DNA of 64,000 nt, taken from IMG/VR virus record IMGVR_UViG_3300025848_000001, positions 55,838 to 119,837 of that record. The stretch is one strand, 5' to 3'. Below, in pieces: positions 11,033-19,772 of this stretch (position 1 is the stretch's first letter; every line of letters begins with the position of its first letter). The DNA is from a virus (lineage: Duplodnaviria > Caudoviricetes). A model generated the notes under the pieces. The model was given only the letters and a program-made list of their open reading frames with translations. It made no database searches and was not told the origin of the DNA. The translations under genes were made by a program, and so were the position numbers.

Positions 11033-11062
11033 TTATCCACAGGTTTACGGGAGTTATCCACA
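11033..11062 (+). promoter_or_regulatory. two perfect DnaA boxes (TTATCCACA)
   Basis: 11033-11041 and 11054-11062, 21 bp apart. Confidence 0.6.
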
Positions 11063-11211
11063 ACCCCTGGATTTTTGCGACACGCCGAAGATTTTGTGAT
11101 TTTTATCACACGAATTGAGCGTCTCAAAATATGGAATTACTCGCTAGTAAGTAGAAAAATGTCGGTGGGCTATGATACCCTTACAGGGTAACAAAATGAA
11201 AGGAAAACTAA

Positions 11212-11439
11212 ATGATAAAAAAATATTCTACTGAAAACATTCTTGAGGGAACTTATTATCGTTCCACTAATCGTTATCCTATGGACGGACTTATCAACTA
11301 CGCTTCTAAGCGTCATTATTGGGTAGGCGAGGACGCTACTGCCTATGTCGTAAGGGTTCGCCCTATCTATGACCCATCTAACCCTAAAACATGGGGTAAA
11401 GATTTTTGGGCTACTATTGCCGTAAGCCATGCCGACTAA
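11212..11439 (+). CDS. small early-island protein
   Basis: GAAAGGAA RBS; downstream of promoter 11160. Confidence 0.7.
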   Translation: MIKKYSTENILEGTYYRSTNRYPMDGLINYASKRHYWVGEDATAYVVRVRPIYDPSNPKTWGKDFWATIAVSHAD

Positions 11440-11486
11440 ATGTCGGTGGCTTCCGCTATAATCTAAATACTACGAAAGGAAAACTA

Positions 11487-11639
11487 ATGAAAATAAGTGT
11501 AAATGAAAATTATTACTCAACAGACGAAAGTTTTTTTTGCTGTGATGAACAGGTAATAAAAATGTATTGCGAACCTCATGGCGAGTTTATGGGTTGTTAT
11601 TTTTGCGAATTTGATTATACAGAAAAATGCGAATGCTAG
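11487..11639 (+). CDS. Cys-rich microprotein
   Basis: ACGAAAGGAA RBS; MKISVNEN...CC...C..H...C..C...CEC. Confidence 0.6.
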   Translation: MKISVNENYYSTDESFFCCDEQVIKMYCEPHGEFMGCYFCEFDYTEKCEC

Positions 11640-11781
11640 GAGATAAAAAAATGGATTTGATCGATTTTAGAAATTATGTAAAAGCTGAGCGTGAAGCAAC
11701 ACGCCAGCAAAACCTCACCGCAATTTTGTCGGTGGCTTCTGCTACAATTACAGAAAACAACGAACGAAAGGAAAACTAAAA

Positions 11782-11937
11782 ATGAAAGTAATTCACACTC
11801 TATCTTTTGACTGCGATACCTGCTATGGAAAAGGTTGGTTATTTTATGGCGGAGGCGAGGACTATAATGTTGAGCCTTGCGACTGTAACCCTAACTCTGA
11901 TTTTGACGGCTCTTTATTTGTAAAGGAAAATGACTAA
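11782..11937 (+). CDS. Zn-ribbon microprotein
   Basis: AACGAAAGGAA RBS; CDTCYGKG...VEPCDC. Confidence 0.6.
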   Translation: MKVIHTLSFDCDTCYGKGWLFYGGGEDYNVEPCDCNPNSDFDGSLFVKEND

Positions 11938-12082
11938 TGAAAAAAAATGTTCTAATCTCTTTTGTTACTGAGGCTGATACTGATTTGGAAGCGGTATTTG
12001 ACCTAAACAAAATTTTTCTAGCCTTGCCTGAAAGCGAACTAAAAAAGTTTGATGTATTTGATGTTTTGGAGGTTGTTGAATA

Positions 12083-12271
12083 ATGATGACACGAAAAGAC
12101 TATGTTGCTACCGCAGAAATTCTGCGGTATGTATCAGACAAAACTCACCCTGCTGTATTTTCAAAAATGGTTGTAGATTTTGCTGAGATGTTCGCAAGAG
12201 ATAATGAAAGATTTGATGCGAATAAATTTTATTCCGCAGCGAATTACAAAATACCAAGTTTTAGGAGTTGA
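12083..12271 (+). CDS. hypothetical phage protein (MTRKDY...F..DN.RFD..KF family)
   Basis: GGAGG RBS; pattern seen in small phage proteins. Confidence 0.65.
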   Translation: MMTRKDYVATAEILRYVSDKTHPAVFSKMVVDFAEMFARDNERFDANKFYSAANYKIPSFRS

Positions 12272-12603
12272 AATGAAATTACAAAATAAAGAAAGAATAA
12301 AAAAAGTTTTGGAAATTCGCCGCAGTAATGCGGCGACACCAATTCCATCTAAAAAAACTTATTCACGAAAACGAAAACATAAAAAAACCGCTGTTGGTAA
12401 AACTATGAATTGGGATTAGTTGAATTTTCAACTAATCGCCCGCAAGAACTGTGGGGGCGCCAAGCTTGTTACGTCAAGTCCAAAACACCCTTAAAATTTG
12501 TGATGTTTATCACAAAAATAATTTTTAGACACGCCGATAATAAAACTAATTTGTCAGTAGATTACGCTATAATTCTCGCATAACAACAAACGAAAGGTAA
12601 AAA

Positions 12604-12855
12604 ATGAAAGACATGACTAGATGGGCATTATTCCCATTCACCGTTGACGGAGTAGAATTCGTATCTAAGTTAGATATCGAAGGCTCAATGTATAATCAAG
12701 TAAAAAATCTGCCTGCTGGATTATTTACTGCTATGAACGAGGGTGCTATCCGTGAAATAATCGGTTCAGTATCTACTATGTCTAAATCTGAAATTCAGGC
12801 AGAATTAGACCGTGTAAATGAGGGTTATTCGCAGGCTTATTTAGCCCTAGCCTAA
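12604..12855 (+). CDS. hypothetical early-island protein
   Basis: CAAACGAAAGG leader, promoter 12552. Confidence 0.7.
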   Translation: MKDMTRWALFPFTVDGVEFVSKLDIEGSMYNQVKNLPAGLFTAMNEGAIREIIGSVSTMSKSEIQAELDRVNEGYSQAYLALA

Positions 12856-12911
12856 TAATGTCGGTGGGCTAGTGTATAATCTAGCCCACTAACAACAAAC
12901 GAAAGGGAATT

Positions 12912-13184
12912 ATGTTATCAACTGCTTCTGCTCTACTTGAGGCTACTCAAGAGGGAATAATTGGCGATGAACAAATGGAACTTGCTTCTTTTATTGTAAA
13001 TGCTCGCCATGAACTAGACCAAGAACAATTTGCTAAAGCGATGTTTATGTATGCTACTGCTATTGCTTCATGCGTAACTGATAAAGTTACTAAAGTATTA
13101 CTAACTGAAAGTCAATTTAGAGAACTAATTGAAACTATTGACGAAATGGAAACAATGTCTAATGAGGTGCTAAATGGGAAGTAA
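12912..13184 (+). CDS. hypothetical early-island protein
   Basis: CAAACGAAAGG leader, promoter 12859. Confidence 0.7.
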   Translation: MLSTASALLEATQEGIIGDEQMELASFIVNARHELDQEQFAKAMFMYATAIASCVTDKVTKVLLTESQFRELIETIDEMETMSNEVLNGK

Positions 13185-13446
13185 TCTTGCTTATGATTTA
13201 GCAAATGGCGAAATGGATTTATCTAGTGCTATTGCTATACACTTATCAGCTAATCATTATCCACCCGTCCCCAAATTTATGGTGGAGCCGTGTATCGAGG
13301 CTATTTTTGCCTATGATGAAGGCGAAATAGATCGTGAAATAGCCATGCCCGAAGGAGTATCCTATAAAGGTAGAGATACTGCTCCTGCGTGGGCTATTGT
13401 AGAACAGCACCACTTAGATGCGTGGATAACTAACTACGAGGAATAA
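13174..13446 (+). CDS. hypothetical protein (HL..NHYPP...HHL motif)
   Basis: GAGG RBS, overlaps upstream stop. Confidence 0.65.
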   Translation: MGSNLAYDLANGEMDLSSAIAIHLSANHYPPVPKFMVEPCIEAIFAYDEGEIDREIAMPEGVSYKGRDTAPAWAIVEQHHLDAWITNYEE

Positions 13447-13728
13447 TTGTCGGTGGGGTGGTGTATAATCACCCTGTCAAACTAACGAAAGGGAAAAAAT
13501 GCTAGAAATCGGACAAACCTACACAACTACCCAAAGCGGTATTGTTGGAATTATCAAGGCGATTGACAATCACCCAAGTGGAGTAAATCGTATTCTCCTT
13601 GATGTAAATGGCGCAGAACGCTGGACAAGCGCACCTGCTAAATAACAACTAAATAGGCAGGGCTCACCAAAATGTCGGTGGGCTCTGCTACAATTTTGCT
13701 CAACAAATAACGAAAGGAAAATAAACAA

Positions 13729-14154
13729 ATGGCAAGAAACGGAAAATCTATTAGTGTCAAGATTGCTACAACTAAAGTAATCAAAGCACTAGAAACTAAG
13801 TTAGCAGAATTAGAGGCTAACTACAAAAAGCAAGATGAAAACGAAGCAAAATACCAAAAGTCTATGGAAAAATGGCGTAAAGAAGTTGGTAAGTTTGCTA
13901 TTGCTAACATCTCAAAGGCAGAAAACTTCCGCACAAATTATCGCTCATGGAACAAAACTCTCAATGTAGATTTTGACCTGACCTGTAATGAAGCAGATTT
14001 CCCTGCTGAACCTGTGCGTGATTTTGAGGTAATTCATCAGCACACATACAACGAGATGAAAGAGGAAATCTCTAACGCTATCCGTATTCTCAAGATGACA
14101 GATGAGGAAGTTGTAAGCACCTCAACTTACAACGCTATCGCTCGTTATCTCTAA
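13729..14154 (+). CDS. hypothetical early-island protein (coiled coil)
   Basis: AACGAAAGGAA leader, promoter 13673. Confidence 0.75.
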   Translation: MARNGKSISVKIATTKVIKALETKLAELEANYKKQDENEAKYQKSMEKWRKEVGKFAIANISKAENFRTNYRSWNKTLNVDFDLTCNEADFPAEPVRDFEVIHQHTYNEMKEEISNAIRILKMTDEEVVSTSTYNAIARYL

Positions 14155-14227
14155 TAGCGTGGGGGCTAGACAAACTCTAGCCCCCTATGCTACAATTCGT
14201 ATCCCTACTAACAAAGGAAATAAATAA

Positions 14228-14461
14228 ATGCGATTGGCTGAAATATTCGAAGTAGAATACTCAGTAAGTCCTGGCGGTGTAGATTGCTGGGAAATGGAAG
14301 TAAGAACAGGTGTGGGACAACATCACAACTATTCTGAATACAAATCTGCTGGTGAGGCGTTGAATCACCTGCTATCGCTCTATCCTGATGAGCAATTAAA
14401 CATAACAATAACAAATCTAATAACTTACAATAAACTTATTGAAGAAGGTGTTTATGCGTAA
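14228..14461 (+). CDS. hypothetical protein
   Basis: AAAGGAA RBS. Confidence 0.6.
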   Translation: MRLAEIFEVEYSVSPGGVDCWEMEVRTGVGQHHNYSEYKSAGEALNHLLSLYPDEQLNITITNLITYNKLIEEGVYA

Positions 14462-14711
14462 TAGATTTAGAATTGAGATCTATGATGAAAATAAGTTAAA
14501 TGATTTAACTCTTTATTCTGAGCAAGGCGTAGATAAAGAATACTTAACTGAATTAGTATTTTCTAATTTATCTCAGTTTTCTGGTAGAGTAAAAGCATAT
14601 GTCTATGATGAATTAAAAAAGAAAAAGACAGTTGCTTTGTTAATACCTGAAGAAACTGTAATTAATCTTAAACCAAAACAATTGACTAGAATTGAGTTAG
14701 GTTTAATTTAA
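14454..14711 (+). CDS. hypothetical protein
   Basis: GAAGG RBS before MRNRFRIE. Confidence 0.55.
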   Translation: MRNRFRIEIYDENKLNDLTLYSEQGVDKEYLTELVFSNLSQFSGRVKAYVYDELKKKKTVALLIPEETVINLKPKQLTRIELGLI

Positions 14712-14716
14712 AATAA

Positions 14717-14771
14717 TTGGGGCGGGTTTGAACTGTGTAATCATCTAGATTCCCGCCCCATTCCAATTTTT
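14717..14771 (+). terminator. terminator hairpin
   Basis: TGGGGCGGG...CCCGCCCCA then T tract. Confidence 0.55.
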
Positions 14772-14945
14772 GCCCGCAAGAACTGTGGGGGCGCCGAGCT
14801 CTTTACGTCAAGTCAAAAACACCCCTTAAATTGTGAGATTAATCACAATGTCCGATTTGCCCTATCTTACATCTAATCTGTTGCCAAATGTCGGTGGCGT
14901 AGTGTATAATTCAGATTCAATCTAACAATGAAAGGAAATAAATTC

Positions 14946-15956
14946 ATGGCTCATAACCTTGAAACTAATGGCGACGAAGTCGCTTTCGCCCTACGTGGCA
15001 CACCTGCTTGGCATAATCTTGCCAATCGTATCTTCAATCAAGATGAAGATGTCTCAACTCAATTGATGTTAGACGAAGCAAAACTTTCTAATTGGAATGT
15101 TCGCTTGTCTCCAATTACTGATTTTATTCCAGAAAATTGGAATGACACATCAGATTCACAATTGGTAATTCGTACCAATCCATTCAATAATGGTACCGAT
15201 GTTCTTTCTACTGTCGGCTCACGATATAAAGTTGTTCAGAATGAAGAATTATTTTCATTCGCTGACAATATCCTAGATGGCGATTCTCGCTGTGCTTGGG
15301 AATCTGCTGGCTCTCTCAAGGGTGGTAAAGTTGTATTCGGCTCTCTTACTGTCCCTCGTGAAATGGTATTAGACCCACAAGGTGCTAACGATAAAACAAA
15401 ATTGTATCTTATCGTTTGGACATCTCACGATGGTTCTGTCGCTGTTCAAGCAGCAATCACACCTGTTCGTGTTGTATGCCAAAACACTTTGAATCTCGCA
15501 ATGCGTTCTGCTAAGCAATCTTTCAAGATTCGCCATACTCAGACTGCTGAAGGTAAGATTCAAATTGCTCGTGAAACTCTTGGTCTAACTCTTGGATACT
15601 TTGACGCATTCGAGAAAGAGGCTCAGGAATTGTTCAAATCAGAAATTACTGATAAGCAATTCTATGATTTGATTCGCACAATTTATCCTAAGCCTGCGGA
15701 AGATTCTTCCAAATTGGCTCAGACTAAGTGGGAAAATAAAGTTATTCTTCTTGATGACCTTTATTTCAATTCACCTACTAATGCTAACATCAAGGGTACA
15801 AAATGGGGTGCTTTCAATGCGCTTACTGAACGCCTTGATTATTTCCGTCCGACACGGAAAAATAATTCAGAATCTAAGTGGGCTTCCGCTTCAGGTTTTG
15901 ACCCGATTATTACTGCTGAGAAGAATAAAATTCTTCAAGTTGTAAAATCATTCTAA
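14946..15956 (+). CDS. DUF932/DUF945 phage/plasmid-like protein (TIGR03299-like)
   Basis: PAWH.L, Y.VVQNEE.F.F, ESAGSLKGG, SHDGS...TPVRVVCQNTL, IRHT, GTKWGAFNALTE. Confidence 0.85.
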   Translation: MAHNLETNGDEVAFALRGTPAWHNLANRIFNQDEDVSTQLMLDEAKLSNWNVRLSPITDFIPENWNDTSDSQLVIRTNPFNNGTDVLSTVGSRYKVVQNEELFSFADNILDGDSRCAWESAGSLKGGKVVFGSLTVPREMVLDPQGANDKTKLYLIVWTSHDGSVAVQAAITPVRVVCQNTLNLAMRSAKQSFKIRHTQTAEGKIQIARETLGLTLGYFDAFEKEAQELFKSEITDKQFYDLIRTIYPKPAEDSSKLAQTKWENKVILLDDLYFNSPTNANIKGTKWGAFNALTERLDYFRPTRKNNSESKWASASGFDPIITAEKNKILQVVKSF

Positions 15957-15961
15957 AGAAT

Positions 15962-15981
15962 GGGGCCCCGCAAGGGGCCCC
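15962..15981 (+). terminator. terminator hairpin
   Basis: GGGGCCCC-GCAA-GGGGCCCC (GNRA loop). Confidence 0.65.
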
Positions 15982-16137
15982 TCCTCTTCGATCTAATTTG
16001 ACAAAGCTGCAAAAATGCCCGCAGAAGGTAAAGGCGAAAAATGTGTTTTACGTCACATTTTAAAAATCCCCTAAAAAGCCTGGACTTTTGTCAGTCAGGT
16101 CCGCTATAATACTCCATATAACAACGAAAGGAATAAA

Positions 16138-16602
16138 ATGGAAAAAGTAACACAAGATGCATATGCTCCGCACCAATTGATAACTCTTAAGCAGATTACT
16201 GGCGAGGATGTTGAATTCGAGTTATATAAAGTAACTGAGTTAGAAACAGTTTTGCATGATGCAAAGAGTAGAATTAATCAATTAACTGGACGCTTAGAGG
16301 CACAGGAAAAGCAAATTGGTTTAATTTTAAATAAGATGACGTCAGATGAATGGTATTCATCCAGCGTTGAAAAGTTTGAGGTATTGTCAGACCTATGTGA
16401 TATTCTTGGGTTTGAACCAAAGCAAAGCATTCGTATTACTGCTACCGTTGAGGTTGAAGTTGACTACGATTGTCCACTTGATGAAATTGAAGACTTTGAT
16501 GCAGGAGATTTCTTACAAGATGTTTTAACAATTGATACATATCATGGTGATGCTATGGTTTATTCATACAACGTAGAATCAGCAGATTGGGCTACGCACT
16601 AA
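16138..16602 (+). CDS. hypothetical early-island protein
   Basis: AACGAAAGGAA leader, promoter 16089. Confidence 0.7.
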   Translation: MEKVTQDAYAPHQLITLKQITGEDVEFELYKVTELETVLHDAKSRINQLTGRLEAQEKQIGLILNKMTSDEWYSSSVEKFEVLSDLCDILGFEPKQSIRITATVEVEVDYDCPLDEIEDFDAGDFLQDVLTIDTYHGDAMVYSYNVESADWATH

Positions 16603-16969
16603 TGTATTATCAACTACAGGCACCCACTAGCGCAGCCTGCAAGGCTGCCTATTGGGAGGCAGAGTTTTCAGGACTTGACCCATATTGGCTTGAGTCTAAT
16701 GTATTTGAATTAGGAACAGGAAGCATTGAAAAAGTTTCTGCCTTGATTTCCAAATATAATCTTGATATACTAGTTGAATCAGATTATCAACCAACTGGTT
16801 ATACAAGGAGGTAGTATGGACTACAAAGACGGTTTTGAAGACGGAGTTAAGTTTACTCGTGAAGTAATCATTGCTAATATTCGTAAATGGGCTGAGGATT
16901 CTATTCTTGGCGAAGAAGGAGCAATTATGGACAGCGTTGCAGATAAAATCGAATTTGGGACATTAGACA

Positions 16970-17191
16970 ATGACCTCTGAGGATCTTACAATAGAATGGA
17001 TTAAATGCGATTCTTGTTCCGCCCGTGCAGCTTGGCTTGCACGTGGTACTAATGGTGAGCTTACATTTTGTGGACACCATTTAAATAAGAATAAGTCGGG
17101 CCTTGACAGTTGGGCCTATGAAATTATAGAATTGGGTAAAGAAGAACTACCTAAGAAACGAACTAGACGAAAGGCGGTAAAAAATGGGTGA
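16970..17191 (+). CDS. Zn-finger protein (CDSC...FCGHH)
   Basis: CxxC...CxHH pattern. Confidence 0.6.
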   Translation: MTSEDLTIEWIKCDSCSARAAWLARGTNGELTFCGHHLNKNKSGLDSWAYEIIELGKEELPKKRTRRKAVKNG

Positions 17192-17588
17192 CAGAGCAAA
17201 TTTTGTTTTTGTACAACCAAGCGGAGAGACCATTGTCCTATATGGACATTGGGCAGGACATAACATGTTGGAGCATTTAGGCGAGGCTGTAGCCAAGGCA
17301 CAGTCACGTTGGTCGGACCCTTCATATGCAACACGTATAGCAATTAGTCAAATGATTGGCGACGGTTGGGGCATGGAAACTGGATGGGGACTGCAAGTAA
17401 ATGAGATATCAGACAATGAACACAAGATTCCTGTGATTAATTGGCTGGAACAGACTATGTCTCTTCATGAGGAAGATTCACATTTCAACGAATCTAATAA
17501 GGTCCGTGGAATGAAGAATGAAGCGATATTCACAATTGATTTGCGAACGTTTGTAGAGAAATACACGGACGCAAAACTTTTGGTATAA
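17184..17588 (+). CDS. hypothetical protein (MGDR...LYGHW family)
   Basis: ORF in operon with AAGG RBS. Confidence 0.65.
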   Translation: MGDRANFVFVQPSGETIVLYGHWAGHNMLEHLGEAVAKAQSRWSDPSYATRIAISQMIGDGWGMETGWGLQVNEISDNEHKIPVINWLEQTMSLHEEDSHFNESNKVRGMKNEAIFTIDLRTFVEKYTDAKLLV

Positions 17589-17595
17589 TATTAAT

Positions 17596-17719
17596 AATGA
17601 GGTGCCGCTACTAGCGATTCCGCAAGTGGTTAACTAAAGCAGCATTTACTTAAATTCCTTTCGTTTGGCTAGCAGCCTCATATTAATAGGGCCCCTGGGA
17701 TCCAGGGGCCTTTCCTTTT
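17596..17719 (+). ncRNA. candidate trans-acting antisense sRNA against island leaders
   Basis: TGGTATAAT extended -10 at 17581; closing stem ATGAGG-TGC/GCA-G-CCTCAT; TTCCTTTCGTTTG at 17655-17667; terminator GGCCCCTGG-GAT-CCAGGGGCC-TTT. Confidence 0.5.
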
Positions 17720-17868
17720 GCCCGCAGTAACTGAGGGTAGCTAAAGCTTGTTACGTTGTCAAGTCAAAATCCCCTAAATTTTGATCAGCTGCGATGTGTC
17801 CCACATCATATAGACAAATGTCAGTGGGGGGATGTATAATAATGCTCCATAACGAGAAAGGAATATAT

Positions 17869-18615
17869 ATGCCAAACTGGGTATATAACGGTCTAACTAT
17901 TGAAGGTAATCCTTCAGAAATTAATGACCTTGTAGCACAATTAAATAAACCATTCAAAATGGTCCATGATTCATGGAACATGGAAAATGGACAAATGCAG
18001 AAGAAATTAACAACATATCCAAATCCTGTATTTGCATTCTATAACATCTATAACTATATTGAAGACGGTGTTACTGATTATGAATATCTTGCACAACCCG
18101 ACCATTCTTTACCAATTGAAGAATCAATGAAATTTGCAACAAATGATTGGTATAACTGGAATGTTCGTAATTGGGGAACAAAATGGGATGTTGCTGTATC
18201 TTCAGATGATAAATATCCTGATACATATACTGAGGGACCTACTTCTAATGGTGAGAATCTAGTTGTATATTATAACTTTAATACTGCTTGGTCTCCTCCG
18301 TTTCCTGCCATTGCTAAATTATCAGGCCAATACCCAACTCTTCTATTTACACTTAGTTATGAAGAAGAAACAGGTTGGGGTGGCGAATGTGAATTCCTTC
18401 GCAATGAAATGATATCTAATTCAGAGTATTCTAATAAATGTAGAGACTGTGATTCAGAAGATACATTAGATTATTGTGAGAATGATTGTGGAGAAATTTG
18501 CTCTGCTTGTAATTATTTAGGAGAGGCAGACCTTGAATGTGTCAAAGAATGTCAGACCCATAAGATATACTTGGATGAAAATCACGTACCTGAATACAGA
18601 ATGGAGCAAATATAG
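17869..18615 (+). CDS. YubB/DUF1281-like ferredoxin-fold protein with C-terminal Cys cluster
   Basis: MPNWVYN.L, WYNWNVRNWGTKWD, FNTAWSPP, YEE motifs. Confidence 0.8.
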   Translation: MPNWVYNGLTIEGNPSEINDLVAQLNKPFKMVHDSWNMENGQMQKKLTTYPNPVFAFYNIYNYIEDGVTDYEYLAQPDHSLPIEESMKFATNDWYNWNVRNWGTKWDVAVSSDDKYPDTYTEGPTSNGENLVVYYNFNTAWSPPFPAIAKLSGQYPTLLFTLSYEEETGWGGECEFLRNEMISNSEYSNKCRDCDSEDTLDYCENDCGEICSACNYLGEADLECVKECQTHKIYLDENHVPEYRMEQI

Positions 18616-19772
18616 TGGAAGCGTTTACAGATACTCTAGGAGAACATATCCTAGGAGCAATTCAAGTAGATATTGAAGAACATCTATTTGAACAATGGAA
18701 TCAATCTAATTTAGATGAAGGCACGGAATATGCTGAATTTAGATTTATTCAATTTGCACCTGATAGTGTAAAACAATCATACAATGAATTCTATGGATAT
18801 AAAGAAGGAGATGAATACTATGTTGGGATATAGTACAAAGGATGTATTTGATATGCAGAATGCTATTGAATTGGCTCTTCCTTATATTCCCGCCAATTCT
18901 TCAAATGATTTAGTTCGTGAAGGATTGTTATCTGCGTTTGATTTGTTAGAAGGACTAATTGTGGAAGGAAGAATGTGAATCAGTTAATTGAATATATAAA
19001 GCTTCATGTAATTAGTTTGGAACAAGACCAGGAAGATGTTTCTAATGAAATGGAAAAACTGGATATGAACTCTAAAGATTATATTGAATTAGACTTTGAA
19101 TATAATCATCTAGGAGGACAGATTCTTTCTGCCCGCCATATTTTGTCAGTGGCGGAGGATATACTAGGATGATGTACTCAATGGAACTGGAACCACGCCT
19201 GCAGAAGCAGGTTGACATGAACATCTCTGGAACAGATATTTTGCACGGGGAACTCAAAAACCTTATCTATGAGGCTGAAGCAGAACTGGCTCGTGCACAG
19301 GAAATAGAAGAAGAGAACGACTATGGCGACGCCATGGAATCTATGGAAAGAAAGTATTGGGAGGGCCAAGTGGACGGTCTCTCACATGTGTATGCATTAA
19401 CATATCAACTTGCATTCGCAATTAACGAAAGGACAAAAGCACGTGGCTGATATAGATCTAAATAAACTATATAACGATATGGTTGATATTAATGATAGGA
19501 TTACCAAACTTCCTGTATTCCCGTCCCTTGGCTGGGTATGGACCTTTGACATCCTTAGAGATATCTTTGACAACGCCGATACTGGCTATGACGAAGCAAT
19601 CACTGAAGGCGTCACATTACAACAAATCTTTAATAAGTTCTATGAAGACATCGACAAGTTGGACATGAATATGGACCAAGGTGGGGAGATGTTACAGGAG
19701 ACAATCAGAGACTGGATGAGAGACAACGACTTCCTCGTTGCCCTGGATGATGACGGGTGGCTAGATGACTAG
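18615..19772 (+). CDS. run of five short acidic hypothetical ORFs (18615-18833, ~18820-18978, 18975-19172, 19169-19450, ~19443-19772)
   Basis: overlapping start/stop codons, same strand. Confidence 0.55.

Larger units (their letters stand above)
9752..17805. promoter_or_regulatory. CRP-type palindromes TGTGA-N6-TCACA
   Basis: perfect at 9752, 9777, 10054, 10960, 11095, 12499, 14832; near-perfect at 10339, 16042, 17790. Confidence 0.75.
9827..19165 (+). promoter_or_regulatory. 16 RecA-NDp/PafBC-type promoters TGTCRG(T/A)N-N8-TAnnnT
   Basis: starts at 9827, 10383, 10550, 11160, 11441, 11727, 12552, 12859, 13448, 13673, 14889, 16089, 16385, 17819, 18550, 19144; invariant spacing; all on + strand. 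Confidence 0.8.

Noticed and set aside
15212-15233. TGTCGGCT...TAAAGT as another PafBC promoter
   Set aside because: Spacing is off by one base and it lies mid-gene; not counted.
11014-17780. Dispersed repeats as a CRISPR array or integron attC sites
   Set aside because: Spacing is kilobases, the units are not palindromic like attC, and no integrase is in the window.
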